DNA from: a virus
Lineage: Duplodnaviria; Caudoviricetes
Strand: one strand, 5' to 3'
Virus record (IMG/VR): IMGVR_UViG_3300021387_000688
Length of the DNA stretch: 64,000 nt
Shown: positions 9,608 through 20,354 of the stretch, one piece after another
Position numbering within the stretch: position 1 is the first letter of the stretch
Layout of the letters: every line of letters begins with the position of its first letter
Made by a program: the position numbers and the translations under genes
Notes under the pieces: generated by a model
Seen by the model: only the letters and a program-made list of their open reading frames with translations
Told to the model about the DNA's origin: nothing
The model's database searches: none

Positions 9608-12295
9608 CTATTCACTAACAGTTGTAATCTGGCTCAAGTTTGTAAAGGTTAACTTAACCTTTTCTGAGAATGGGAATACACGAACATCAACACTAATACA
9701 GAAGATTCTCTGTGCTCTAGTGTAGTCGTTGTTAACTTTCTTGATGTTACATTCTGTGAATGCCCAAGCTGGATCTGCTCCACTTGTTCTCTTACGAAGA
9801 ATATCATCAACCTGACCCTGACGTTTATCCATCCAGTAATCGTTAATCTTCTTACCGATTTGTGGCTTCATAACATTGTCACGAATTTCACGTTTACACA
9901 AGTCGAATGCCATTGAGTGACCTAATGAGCTCCAGTCACCTGCATGTAATTCAGTTGTTTTCTGGGATGTAATCATTACACCGTCATCTGAATCGTAGAT
10001 GATTGGGTTAAGTCCCTTATCGTCTAAAGTCTTTGTATCAAGATCTTCAAAGTCCCAACGTGCCTTAATAGGTACACGATCCTGGAAGATTTCTCCAATC
10101 TGTCCACCCATTTCATTGTCGTTCTCCCACATAGGAGCAACAGCACCGTAAGCTCTTTCAATGATACGTAACAACATTGTTGCTACCGCACCCATTGGGC
10201 TAGCCCAGTATTTCTTACGAAGGTTTCTATCTTTGAACTGCAATTCCTGTACATACTGTGCAGATCCTCTTAAAGGATTTGTTACACGTACTTTGTTGAT
10301 ATTTGCAAAGATGTCTTCTGTAATATTCTTTGGAGAAATGATAGTAGCCATCTTGTGGTTGATACGAATGTTTGTAAAGTACTGTTTGATAGAATCAATA
10401 CCAGAACATTCAAAGAAGATGATTGCGTCTTCATACTTTGGTTTTGCAGCTTCTACCAAACCAAGTTTAAGACATCTTGCATACTTCTTAGCGATATCTA
10501 TGTTAGATACATCTCCACCTGTTCTACCAGCTTTGATATTCTCCTGTACAATTGCGTCTATAAATCTCTGACCCTGAACTTCACGAGCTACAGTTTCATC
10601 ACCTTCACCAAATCTTGTTCCAGTGTAAACACCCTTATCATCCAAATCGTCATCGAATTTTCTAACAACTCTGATTTCTGCGAAACATACAGATTCACCA
10701 GGAACTAACAATTCTTCCCAGTAGTTGTCACCGCCGTTTTCATCTGTACCATATTCATCAAGAGAACCTGTTAAGTCTCCAGATACGTGAGTTTCACCTT
10801 CTTTATCTACTTCAGTAGCCCATGAATGGAATGTATTGAAGTATGTATTTTCAAGAAGTTTATAATCATCGTTTGTAGCATCTACAGTCATTTCAACTGG
10901 ACCGGTCTCTTCAATAAAGTAGATACTGTGGTGTACTGCTTTCTCATCTTCTGATCTAGCTTCCAATGGAAGTAAACATTCCCAAGCCAAAATCTTCTTT
11001 GTTTCGAAAGAGTCATTAACCTTTGTCCATTTTCCTTCACCTGTTTCTTCATCAATTACAAATTGATAAACACCAGAGTTAGATGGGTCCAATTTATTAA
11101 CTACCAATACAGAGAAGTCGTACTGGCTTAATGCTTTAAATGCAGGTGTTCCAGAAGCTGGCAACAATGAAGCATCTACGATGTAAGGCAACTTCAAATC
11201 ATATACATATTTATCGAATACAACATTGTTGAAGTTCAAAACTGTCTTATCAGCTGTTGGAGAAGTCTGTACGCTATAAGCGAATACATCTTCCTTGTTG
11301 TTGTATACGAAATGGAAGTATTCTTTCAATGGTTTTGTATAAGAGATATCTACTTGTTCAGTTCCGATATCATCAGCTACTCCACCTTCAAGAATTGCGT
11401 TCAAAATCAATTCTGAATATTTTTTACCATCATCGCTAGCAACCCAAGCTTCAAATGTAGTATCTGCAGAAGCATTATACCTACTGTAATCATAGATAGA
11501 ACCTTTACCCTTTTCCATTGAAGCTAAGTCAATGAAAGGAATACCATAGGTTGTCTGGTTTGCGTATGTATTTGTAGGAGCGTCTACTCCGTGATCTCCA
11601 TCATTTCCACCTAAGTAGATTGTATAGGTGTTATTTTCTTCCAATACGAAGTGTCCACAAACAATTGTCTGTGCTACTGCATCAGTAAGTTCTGCAGGAT
11701 AGATTAAGCCTGTTGCTTTGTCCAACTTGTAACGGAATGTAGATGTTCCTGCCCAGAAGTCAAAGTCAATGTAGTTGATCTTCTTAAATACAGAAGCCAA
11801 GATGTTAGAAATCTTAATTGTAGCTTGCTTAGCAGCTTCACCGTTTACTGCATTAGCTGGCTGGTTGAGAGCCTCTACTTCAAATACAGCGTTCTTAGAA
11901 GCACCTACAACTGCTTCTTGTCCTGGTACAATACCTACTTCGAAGTTAGGTTTATTCTTATCTGAAAGACGATAGAAATTCTGTAAACCTTTTCTTGTTA
12001 AATAAACACCACCATAATAGTTAGGGTATTTAGAATCAACTGCTGAAGGTGCAGAAATGTATACACCGTACTCTCTATTAAATTCAATTACATCATACAA
12101 GTCTGGATAGTCTGCAGATGCAAATCCGAACATAGACTGAATCCAATCTTTATTGTTAGGAGGAACGTAAGTAGCTTCTGTGTTACCTTTTGGTGCACGA
12201 ATAGAAGCAAATCCGATCCATCTTGTGTCGTTCTCTTCAATATCAATTGACTTGTTGACATCAACGAACTCAAATCTCCATGAACTCTTTGCCAT
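9608..12295 (-). CDS. contractile tail sheath protein
   Basis: C-terminal sheath signature LDDKGLNPII...VMITSQKT...CNIKKVNND...ISVDVRVFPFSEKVKLTF; 895 aa; SD AAGGAG; late motif at 12357-12364. Confidence 0.85.
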   Translation of the reverse strand: MAKSSWRFEFVDVNKSIDIEENDTRWIGFASIRAPKGNTEATYVPPNNKDWIQSMFGFASADYPDLYDVIEFNREYGVYISAPSAVDSKYPNYYGGVYLTRKGLQNFYRLSDKNKPNFEVGIVPGQEAVVGASKNAVFEVEALNQPANAVNGEAAKQATIKISNILASVFKKINYIDFDFWAGTSTFRYKLDKATGLIYPAELTDAVAQTIVCGHFVLEENNTYTIYLGGNDGDHGVDAPTNTYANQTTYGIPFIDLASMEKGKGSIYDYSRYNASADTTFEAWVASDDGKKYSELILNAILEGGVADDIGTEQVDISYTKPLKEYFHFVYNNKEDVFAYSVQTSPTADKTVLNFNNVVFDKYVYDLKLPYIVDASLLPASGTPAFKALSQYDFSVLVVNKLDPSNSGVYQFVIDEETGEGKWTKVNDSFETKKILAWECLLPLEARSEDEKAVHHSIYFIEETGPVEMTVDATNDDYKLLENTYFNTFHSWATEVDKEGETHVSGDLTGSLDEYGTDENGGDNYWEELLVPGESVCFAEIRVVRKFDDDLDDKGVYTGTRFGEGDETVAREVQGQRFIDAIVQENIKAGRTGGDVSNIDIAKKYARCLKLGLVEAAKPKYEDAIIFFECSGIDSIKQYFTNIRINHKMATIISPKNITEDIFANINKVRVTNPLRGSAQYVQELQFKDRNLRKKYWASPMGAVATMLLRIIERAYGAVAPMWENDNEMGGQIGEIFQDRVPIKARWDFEDLDTKTLDDKGLNPIIYDSDDGVMITSQKTTELHAGDWSSLGHSMAFDLCKREIRDNVMKPQIGKKINDYWMDKRQGQVDDILRKRTSGADPAWAFTECNIKKVNNDYTRAQRIFCISVDVRVFPFSEKVKLTFTNLSQITTVSE

Positions 12296-12400
12296 ATTGT
12301 TTTATCTCCTTTTAAGTTTTTAGCAATATCACTTTTAAGGGTAATATTTTACAAAATAATTAGTATAAAAAAATGCACTTGAAACTAAATAATCTTAATT

Positions 12401-13693
12401 ATGATAGACGTAAGGGCATTAGATTTAGATAATTTCATAGAAGCAAATGGGGCGAAAGATGTAGTTACTCCAATGGGATTTTTTATTAAATCTTCTATAA
12501 GAGAAGCTATGCCAGTAGCGGGTTATTATTATACTTCAGGTTATGTTACCCCAGACATGTTATTATTAAATGTAGGATCTGCTGTAGGGCTTAAATACTC
12601 TTTAGATCCTGCAAATACGAAATGGAAAAACAGAAATTGGAATGATTTCCCTTCTATGCTTTTTAAGAATGCTAAATGTCATGGCGGTGTTAAAGGAATG
12701 GATTGGACTCTCAATTTTATTAATAAATTGTCCTTTTTCCAAAACTCAGATATACGAGAAGCATATACGGATAGGTTTGGAAATGATGTGATAAACGCGG
12801 TTATTAAATCTAATTCTTATTTACAAACTTTACAAACTAACATCCAAAAAACAGATAACTTTAATTCATTGTTTAGGTCTTTGGGAGAAAATGATATTGA
12901 ATTTATAAACGAAACGGTTTCTCCAAACTTTAGTATTGCTTATGGTAAACCTTTATTCTTTATAGGATTGGATGGTAAAATAAATTACACTTCTATCAAC
13001 AGAATACTTAACGATAGTTATATGCCCAAGCTTCAACTCTCTTTAGGGGAGATACATGATAAAGTTTCTAAAGCATTTACTAAATCAAAAGTTGAAAGTT
13101 TAATGGGTAGTGATAAATATTCTAGGTGTTCTACAAATAATTACGATATAGATTTAGGAGGGGAAGATGGTTGGAAACATATTAAACCTGTAATGTATTA
13201 CAGCCGATTTGACTTACCAAACTCTGTGGCATCTACTGAAATATCTTACCAACCGGTTACCGATAAAGAAACTTTCTATCCTTTAGACAACATGGTATTT
13301 ACCCAAATAAAAAGTACTGAAAGTGGAAGTATTTTTAATAAGGCAAACTCTACTGTATTATATGAAGCTAAAAATATGTTTGAAAGTTCAGAAGATTTTG
13401 TTAGAATAAGGGCCGAAGTTAAAGACTTAACAGAAATAAATGAATTGGTATTGGCCGGAGATAAAGTAGTTATAACTACCCCATATCCTTACTCTGTATA
13501 TAATGGAATTTATGCAATTGAAGATATTACTTACGTAAGTAAATCTAATTTAACTTCTATGATTATTACTTGTATTAGACCTAATATTGATTTAAGCTGG
13601 TCCGATACTTTAGGAGATTTGAAAGATTCAGAAGAATTCCAATTCAAATATGCTCCTACACCTAATCGTAGTTTATTCTACAGTGCGACTTAA
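12401..13693 (+). CDS. putative baseplate hub protein (gp27/GpD-like)
   Basis: C-terminal LAGDKVVI...YNGIYAIEDITY...MIITCIR pattern; ACTAAATA upstream. Confidence 0.45.
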   Translation: MIDVRALDLDNFIEANGAKDVVTPMGFFIKSSIREAMPVAGYYYTSGYVTPDMLLLNVGSAVGLKYSLDPANTKWKNRNWNDFPSMLFKNAKCHGGVKGMDWTLNFINKLSFFQNSDIREAYTDRFGNDVINAVIKSNSYLQTLQTNIQKTDNFNSLFRSLGENDIEFINETVSPNFSIAYGKPLFFIGLDGKINYTSINRILNDSYMPKLQLSLGEIHDKVSKAFTKSKVESLMGSDKYSRCSTNNYDIDLGGEDGWKHIKPVMYYSRFDLPNSVASTEISYQPVTDKETFYPLDNMVFTQIKSTESGSIFNKANSTVLYEAKNMFESSEDFVRIRAEVKDLTEINELVLAGDKVVITTPYPYSVYNGIYAIEDITYVSKSNLTSMIITCIRPNIDLSWSDTLGDLKDSEEFQFKYAPTPNRSLFYSAT

Positions 13694-13741
13694 TTGGAAA
13701 CCAATACTATAATAATATATTGATTAAAGGAGAAATAATAA

Positions 13742-14203
13742 ATGGCTGAAGAAAAAGCAACTGAATTTCAGTTACCAGTTTTGACTCAGGAAGAGATTGA
13801 GGCAAATAAGAAAGTCGCTGAAGAAAATGAAAAAATTCTTACTCCTCCAAAGGGTAAGGTATTTATAGGAATGAGAGCTTTCTGTCCTAAACATGGGGAT
13901 ATTACACAGGCTTCAAAAGTTATCAAACATAAGAAGTACGTAAAGGGGCCAGATGGTAAAGTTATTCCATTCTTCACTTCTGATGTAATTTGTCTTGCTT
14001 GTATTTCAGATATGTGGAGAGATTACGTAAATAAAGAACTTAAATCTCCTATTCAGTGTTCTCCAGTATTCATTGATGAAGCGGAAGCTGAAAAGATGAA
14101 ACAGGAATTGCTTAAACAACAGGAAGCTGCAAATGCAGAAGCCCCTGAAGAAGCTAAACCTGAAGCTGAAGAAGAGGTAACTGTTGCCCCTGCAAAAGCT
14201 TAA
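13742..14203 (+). CDS. hypothetical protein with CxxH/CxxC zinc site
   Basis: FCPKHG...CLAC; SD AAGGAG; acidic Ala/Glu tail. Confidence 0.7.
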   Translation: MAEEKATEFQLPVLTQEEIEANKKVAEENEKILTPPKGKVFIGMRAFCPKHGDITQASKVIKHKKYVKGPDGKVIPFFTSDVICLACISDMWRDYVNKELKSPIQCSPVFIDEAEAEKMKQELLKQQEAANAEAPEEAKPEAEEEVTVAPAKA

Positions 14204-14226
14204 TTTTAATTTTTAAGCAAAATAAT

Positions 14227-14252
14227 AGCCTCTCTTTAAGAGAGGCTTTTTT
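14227..14252. terminator. bidirectional terminator
   Basis: AGCCTCTC-TTTAA-GAGAGGCTTTTTT. Confidence 0.85.
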
Positions 14253-14257
14253 ATTGG

Positions 14258-14863
14258 TTAGTAACCTAATATTGCTCTTCGTTCTGCAGTAGCTTTTATT
14301 AATTTGTATAAAGGTTTGTCAAAATCAACCGGCCTTGTAGCTATAGCTATTACAAGTTTAAGAGTTAAAGGAGCATTGTTAGAAAAGTCACTTAATACTT
14401 CCAATACGTCAAATATCATGCAAGTACTTGCATTTGTATCCTTTTGAACAAATACCCTTACAATTCTATCATCTACGTCTATTTCAGAATCAATAGGAAC
14501 ATCTACTTGATATGTAGTTAAGTCTTTTTGTTCTTTACCTAAACCTTTATCTGCACCTTCTCCGTATGCAGAAACCAAAGCGTTTATCTTATAACCTTTT
14601 TCGAAAGTCTTTGTAACTTTTCTAACAGGTATATCTTTGAGGATAGGGAACTTCATATTAACAACTTTATGAGCCGTTACTTGATCTGTCATAGGGTCCC
14701 CATCTTCTGTCCTTGTTGTTTTAACTACTATCACATCTTCTGGGGTACCTTCCAATTTGATTGCATTGTCATGGAGCCTCTGTCTTTGAGACTCCAATGT
14801 TTTGTCCAACCTTCCTTGGTAGGTAACCATCCTAATATCGTTTACACAATTATCCCAATTCAT
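14258..14863 (-). CDS. hypothetical virion protein (possibly head-closure/gp14-like)
   Basis: co-transcribed with the fibre gene; NAIKLEGTPEDVIVVK...EDGDP weakly resembles gp14. Confidence 0.4.
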   Translation of the reverse strand: MNWDNCVNDIRMVTYQGRLDKTLESQRQRLHDNAIKLEGTPEDVIVVKTTRTEDGDPMTDQVTAHKVVNMKFPILKDIPVRKVTKTFEKGYKINALVSAYGEGADKGLGKEQKDLTTYQVDVPIDSEIDVDDRIVRVFVQKDTNASTCMIFDVLEVLSDFSNNAPLTLKLVIAIATRPVDFDKPLYKLIKATAERRAILGY

Positions 14864-14873
14864 AGTTTAATCC

Positions 14874-17800
14874 TTAGTTAACAATAGATCCAGTTATATC
14901 ACTATCCTGTACATATATGTGTTGATATGCTTCAGATTGAACATAATCTTCTTTTAATCTTTCCCAAACATAGAAACTATCTGTTTTGAGTTTTTTAGTA
15001 GAAGTATTATCCTCTGTTTTAAATTTCATACTATCTGTACTACTATCATGACTGTTACTTACACCATCAGGCTCGCCATGATACCAGCGCGTGCTAGCAA
15101 GATAATAATCATCTTCCCAAGTTACATCCCCAGAACCTTGTCCTATAGCAGTTGGATAAGTGTTCTTAAAACTATATGTAAGATTTTCATCTGTAGGAGT
15201 TGTAGGGTCGCTTGGAGTACCTACTGCTAAGAAAGCTTTTTGCTTATGTAATTTCCAGGTCCCTCCAAATAAATAAGTTGGATTAATTTTCTTTACAGAA
15301 AGATATACATCTCCCTGAGGGTGTTCTCTTAAAGACATATAATACAATAATGGTCTATTTTCAGGAGTAGGAATATATTGCAAAGTATCTTCTACTGCAA
15401 GTCTATTTGCAGCAGATTCCCCTGGCAATTCGTTTGACTTAAACATATCGCTTAAGATATTGCTTAAGGTCTCATACATTATTTGTTCTGTTTGATTTTG
15501 ATACCCTTTACCCGTAAATTCAAGACCATCGGCTGGATTATTGTCTCCAGTTGATACAAAGCTATTCAATTCTTTGCCACTTGGTGCATGTTTACTCTTA
15601 ATGAAAATTACATTCTTTGTAAATTCCCCTTTTTCATCAAACTCTTCTTCGTTGAGGTTATTATAATAAACTACATAATATGTTTTATCTTCAGAAACGA
15701 TACCTGTATATCTACCTTCCTTTGTATAAACTTTAAGTTTACCCGATATTGTGTAATAGCCTACTTCTTCCGTAAGTGCAAAATTCCAAGTATTGTCTGC
15801 AACTTTTCCTACGTGATAAGAAGATTTAGATACATCATAGAGTTTAGCTATCTCTTCCCAAACAAATCTGTTATGCTTGCGTACACGGTCCTTGTCTTCA
15901 TTAGCTTCACTTTCAGAGTCACTTATATCAAGGTCGAAGATTCTTTGAAGTTGGATATCGTTCAACTTCTTAGATAACCCTTCGTTAGCTTTAATTGGAC
16001 TTGCTTTTTCAAATCTTAAATTGTTTGCAGCATCACCATCACCATCATTAAATCTTTCAAATGTACTTCCATCCATGAAAGATTCTTCTAATGCTTTAGT
16101 TGCCTTTGCATTAGCATCCAAGTAAGATTCAATTGTAGACAATCTTTCCATTACAGATTTCTGTTTACGAGAAACTACGAAGTCTACGTTAGAGGCCCTT
16201 TGAATTTCTGTAGATGCATTTTCTTTAGTCTGTTTAATTACACCACTAAAGAGTCCATCTTTCTCAATTACTTCCCTATCTGCATATTGAAGTTCTTTGA
16301 GATAAGCATCCCCAATAATGCTATTTTCTGCAATTCTTGTATCTTTGGCAAGATTCAATGTAGATGTGTTAAGCCACATGTTATCTGCTAATACTTTACT
16401 TCCTAAGTAAGCATATCTTAAACCTAACAAATCTGCTAACAAATCTGTTTTAGAAACGGCGTTTTTATAACTACCTAATTTTTCATTACCTGTTTCGTCT
16501 GTAACTAACTTGCAAGTCAATAATCTTACAACATTAGAGGATGCGGTTTCATCATTTATAAATGCGCCACCTGCATTCAAGTTACCTACGCTATGGTTAG
16601 CTACCAATCCTGTATTGTACTTGGTAACTTCTTTAATTACATATTCATTTGGAATAGAGTAATTAAATAATGCATTATCTACCCATTTCAATAAACTGAA
16701 ATGTTTAGTATCTGCAGTTGAGTCGTCTCCACTTAATCCGTATTCTGCATCACTTGGCATTAAGGTATTGTATATAGATTTATGTAAATCTTGTCTACCT
16801 ACTCCACCTTCTTGCTTGAAAGACTGTTTGAATGGATTTCTCAAATCATGTCCATTTACCTGATCCTTAATTACAGGTTCTACATCGAATAAACGGTTTG
16901 GATACAAATCATCAATCAAGTTTGTAATATTACGTCTTAATACTTCAGTTCTGTTTGGTAAACTAGCTTGTACATCATCTGCACCGTAAATTGTCTTAGT
17001 TACTTCAGACAACTTCTGGTTCATTCTTTCAATTTTTGCAGAGTCCCAAGCAACGGCTTTAGATACAAAGATTGGTTTGAATGTACCTGTCTTCGCATCA
17101 TAGCTTAACTTAAGTCTTGTATACTTTCTTCTACGTGTTTCATTTTCTTCTACATTTTCTGGAGTACCATCTTTAGTATTTGTAGGTATGGTAGTTTCTT
17201 CTCCTTCTACTTCTTCAGTTTCAGGTACTCTAACAATACCGCAATCTTCTTTATTAGGAGTATGTTTATCAGTACCTTCTGCAATCTGTCCAAATGGTAC
17301 AGTTCCCTTATTTGCAATGTCTTCTGGAGAAGAAAGATGTGCCCAAGCATGTCCTTCATCATAATCTGAAGTTTCTGCATGATTGTCATTCAATCCATCT
17401 AATAATTTTTCTTTTTCAACTGAAGTAGAATCTACATCTGGAGTGTCAGTTTCATTATCCTCAAATCTCTTTTCTACGGCCTCTCCATCTTTATTAACAA
17501 TTGGAGTATAAGTATGTTTACCTTCATCATTAGAAATGTTTTCTAAGTAGTATGAAGTTAATGCATGATGACGATTTGTTAAATCATTGATGATTTCGTC
17601 AACCCTATCCATTCTTGTTTTAACTGTAATTCTTGTTCCTAAAGTATCAGAGTCAGAAAGTAAAGATTGGGTTTCTGCGTCTACTTCTTCAAGGTCTGTA
17701 GTGTCGAACAACTCAAGACAAATTGCTCTCATCAATCTATTCAAACCGAGTAAAAGTGGACCAGCATTCAACTGTTCTTGTAACTCTTCTGCAATGTGAC

Positions 17801-20267
17801 TATTCAAGAAGTTCTTTCTGTTTTCATCGTTACCAGGAACTGTAGGTGAGTCAAAACCAAATACTGAAGTTTCAATGTTCAATAAACGCTCTTGTGTTTC
17901 CTGGGCGGCCTTAAGTAATATACCTACAGTGTTTCTAATCTCCTGCTGTAACTCTTTCTTGCTTGTAGTCAAGTTCAAGTAGTTTGCAATAGATTTAATT
18001 TCTTCTTCTGTATATGTATAAGTGTTATTGTTTACAAGTTCATTACTTGCGTCAATGCCTTCGTCCTTTCCTAATACATTATCATGAGAACTCTTAATTA
18101 AAGTATTTCTCTTATGTACTAAGAAGTTTGTATCTGCAGGAGTACCATTAACTTCATCATCAGTTCCTTTTAAGTCTCTCAACTTATCCCTAACCTGATT
18201 TACACGTTCAACTAAGATACCAATCTGCTGTTTATATTCTTCCTGACCTCTCTTATAAATCCAAGTAGAAAGAGGTAACTCTTGCAATGCTTGTAAAGCT
18301 GAACCTAACTTAGTTAGGGCTTTCAAACCTTCTTCATCTGGCTGGGCTTCAAAATCTTCTACTTTCAATTCATATTCGTCGATAGTATCTTTTGTATCTA
18401 ATGGCTCTACAATATTACCATCTGCGTCAATTGAAATTTCATTTCCTTGACCATCAACTGCATTTTTGTTTGGAACCAATATAGTTGTTTCCAATCCATC
18501 TTTTACATTAACTGGAAGTTTTTCTGAAATTACAATTTTCTTAGTAATAGAAGAATTGTTTAAAAGGTTTTGCAAAACTGTATAGTTTAATGTAAGTCCG
18601 CCGATATCTACTTCTGTAAATTCAGCACTATGAGATTTGAAGTTTACATTACCTGTATATTGATTCCCTTCTTTAAGTTCAAAGTTAACTATATTGTTTT
18701 CATCTTTAGAAATAATAGAGTTAAGAATACTTGAACCAACAATAAATTGATTAATCAATTTATTCATGTTAGTATCTGTAACTTTATAACTATTCAATAA
18801 TGTAGTTGGGAAAGCAGTTAAAACATTTTCTGCAACTTTCTTAGGCACACTTTCTTTCTTAGAGAAGAAGTTTGTAGTTGTTCCTAAACCAATAGAGTTA
18901 TTTTCATCCACAAATGGAATGTAAGCACCTTTTGCAACATCTTCTGTGATTGCTTCTGCACCGTTTGATAATACAGCGCCATCCAAAGAATGCGCTTGGA
19001 TATTTCCATCAAAACCAGTATTCTTAATACCGTGAACCCCTACAGCTTTTCCATCTGAATCTAATGCAGGATTGTCAACTAAATCTTCTTTATGTGCATC
19101 TAAGTCTTCTTCAAAAACAATGGTCTTGTCTTTAATAGTAAAGTTGTTTACATTTAATGTATCTGCAAATACGCCCTTATCATCTACTTCTAATTGACCG
19201 TTACCAGCTTTTAATCCTAAAGCTTTTACCATCTCTGTTTCTACAAGTCTTTCATAAAACTTCTTAACTGCAGTAACAGTTGGAGCCATTACATCAGAAT
19301 AAGCTTCTAATGATTTTGCTAAAGGCTGATCATCTAACAAAGAATACTCTCTGTTCCAAAGATTTTTAGCAACTACTATTAATTTATATTCTACATCTTT
19401 AAGAGCAATTGGGGCTTGGGTACCTGCGAATTTACAAATACCTAAACCATCTTCAATGTTCATATGGAGGTTGTAAACACCGTCTGTTCCAGAATAATCA
19501 TCCTGCAATACCATCCATTCAAAACCATAAACAGTATCATTGTTATATACGTGGAAACCTGCGGGTATTTCTCTCCAAATATACTTATCTGCAAAAGGAG
19601 AATCTTTTTGATGACTTGGCACCTTCTTAATATTTGGTTCTCTTATAAACAACCTAACTTCAATGTTCTCAAGAGTTGGAGCAATACGGGCTTGTTCCAA
19701 AGTACCATATCTTACTAATGGAGTAATATCAATATCTGGGATTGTATTGTTTTTTGAAATAATACCTTTCTTTCTCAAGAATGGGGATCTCTGCACGTCT
19801 CTAAACAATCCAGTTGGTTCACTCCTAATCTGTGCAGGAGTGTAACCATCATTCATTGCAATGAAAGGAATGATGAATTTATTTTCATCATCTAAATAAT
19901 CTTCTCTATTGTATTGCTGAGAAATAAAAGTATTAGCTTCGAATTGAGGATGTGGATCATTTCCGCTTACAGGTTCTGTCATTGGATCTTCAAAAGCAGG
20001 TTCTTCTGGAGTTACTTCCTCTGGTTTATTTTTAAGACTAATGATGAATCTCATTCCGTCTATAATTTCTATTTCTTGATCAAGAGCTGCATCTTCTACT
20101 CTGTCATCCCCGTCTTCAGGGTACATTAAAGTAGCATAATCGATTGTCTTTCCTTCTGGTATAATAGTTTCAAAAAGTGTATCGTTAAAAACTGCGCCGG
20201 TTGATTCTAAGATGATTTCTGTGAATGTTTCGCCTCTATCAAAAGAAACTCTAACAGTATTTGACAT
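14874..20267 (-). CDS. giant tail fibre/baseplate protein with internal Peptidase_S74-like chaperone domain and C-terminal gp10_C-like domain
   Basis: Start refined to ATG 20267 (SD GAGGA); ALQALQELPLSTWIYK...IGILVERV and LLKAAQETQERL (S74-like); HPQGDVYLSV..NPTYLFGGTW...YVWER (gp10_C/collar-like). Confidence 0.7.
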   Translation of the reverse strand: MSNTVRVSFDRGETFTEIILESTGAVFNDTLFETIIPEGKTIDYATLMYPEDGDDRVEDAALDQEIEIIDGMRFIISLKNKPEEVTPEEPAFEDPMTEPVSGNDPHPQFEANTFISQQYNREDYLDDENKFIIPFIAMNDGYTPAQIRSEPTGLFRDVQRSPFLRKKGIISKNNTIPDIDITPLVRYGTLEQARIAPTLENIEVRLFIREPNIKKVPSHQKDSPFADKYIWREIPAGFHVYNNDTVYGFEWMVLQDDYSGTDGVYNLHMNIEDGLGICKFAGTQAPIALKDVEYKLIVVAKNLWNREYSLLDDQPLAKSLEAYSDVMAPTVTAVKKFYERLVETEMVKALGLKAGNGQLEVDDKGVFADTLNVNNFTIKDKTIVFEEDLDAHKEDLVDNPALDSDGKAVGVHGIKNTGFDGNIQAHSLDGAVLSNGAEAITEDVAKGAYIPFVDENNSIGLGTTTNFFSKKESVPKKVAENVLTAFPTTLLNSYKVTDTNMNKLINQFIVGSSILNSIISKDENNIVNFELKEGNQYTGNVNFKSHSAEFTEVDIGGLTLNYTVLQNLLNNSSITKKIVISEKLPVNVKDGLETTILVPNKNAVDGQGNEISIDADGNIVEPLDTKDTIDEYELKVEDFEAQPDEEGLKALTKLGSALQALQELPLSTWIYKRGQEEYKQQIGILVERVNQVRDKLRDLKGTDDEVNGTPADTNFLVHKRNTLIKSSHDNVLGKDEGIDASNELVNNNTYTYTEEEIKSIANYLNLTTSKKELQQEIRNTVGILLKAAQETQERLLNIETSVFGFDSPTVPGNDENRKNFLNSHIAEELQEQLNAGPLLLGLNRLMRAICLELFDTTDLEEVDAETQSLLSDSDTLGTRITVKTRMDRVDEIINDLTNRHHALTSYYLENISNDEGKHTYTPIVNKDGEAVEKRFEDNETDTPDVDSTSVEKEKLLDGLNDNHAETSDYDEGHAWAHLSSPEDIANKGTVPFGQIAEGTDKHTPNKEDCGIVRVPETEEVEGEETTIPTNTKDGTPENVEENETRRRKYTRLKLSYDAKTGTFKPIFVSKAVAWDSAKIERMNQKLSEVTKTIYGADDVQASLPNRTEVLRRNITNLIDDLYPNRLFDVEPVIKDQVNGHDLRNPFKQSFKQEGGVGRQDLHKSIYNTLMPSDAEYGLSGDDSTADTKHFSLLKWVDNALFNYSIPNEYVIKEVTKYNTGLVANHSVGNLNAGGAFINDETASSNVVRLLTCKLVTDETGNEKLGSYKNAVSKTDLLADLLGLRYAYLGSKVLADNMWLNTSTLNLAKDTRIAENSIIGDAYLKELQYADREVIEKDGLFSGVIKQTKENASTEIQRASNVDFVVSRKQKSVMERLSTIESYLDANAKATKALEESFMDGSTFERFNDGDGDAANNLRFEKASPIKANEGLSKKLNDIQLQRIFDLDISDSESEANEDKDRVRKHNRFVWEEIAKLYDVSKSSYHVGKVADNTWNFALTEEVGYYTISGKLKVYTKEGRYTGIVSEDKTYYVVYYNNLNEEEFDEKGEFTKNVIFIKSKHAPSGKELNSFVSTGDNNPADGLEFTGKGYQNQTEQIMYETLSNILSDMFKSNELPGESAANRLAVEDTLQYIPTPENRPLLYYMSLREHPQGDVYLSVKKINPTYLFGGTWKLHKQKAFLAVGTPSDPTTPTDENLTYSFKNTYPTAIGQGSGDVTWEDDYYLASTRWYHGEPDGVSNSHDSSTDSMKFKTEDNTSTKKLKTDSFYVWERLKEDYVQSEAYQHIYVQDSDITGSIVN

Positions 20268-20354
20268 TAAATTAATCCTCCAATTCAACTTTAAACAAAA
20301 TTTATATTCTTGTTTAATTAGTTAGTTGAATTAGAGGATTATAAGGATTGAATA

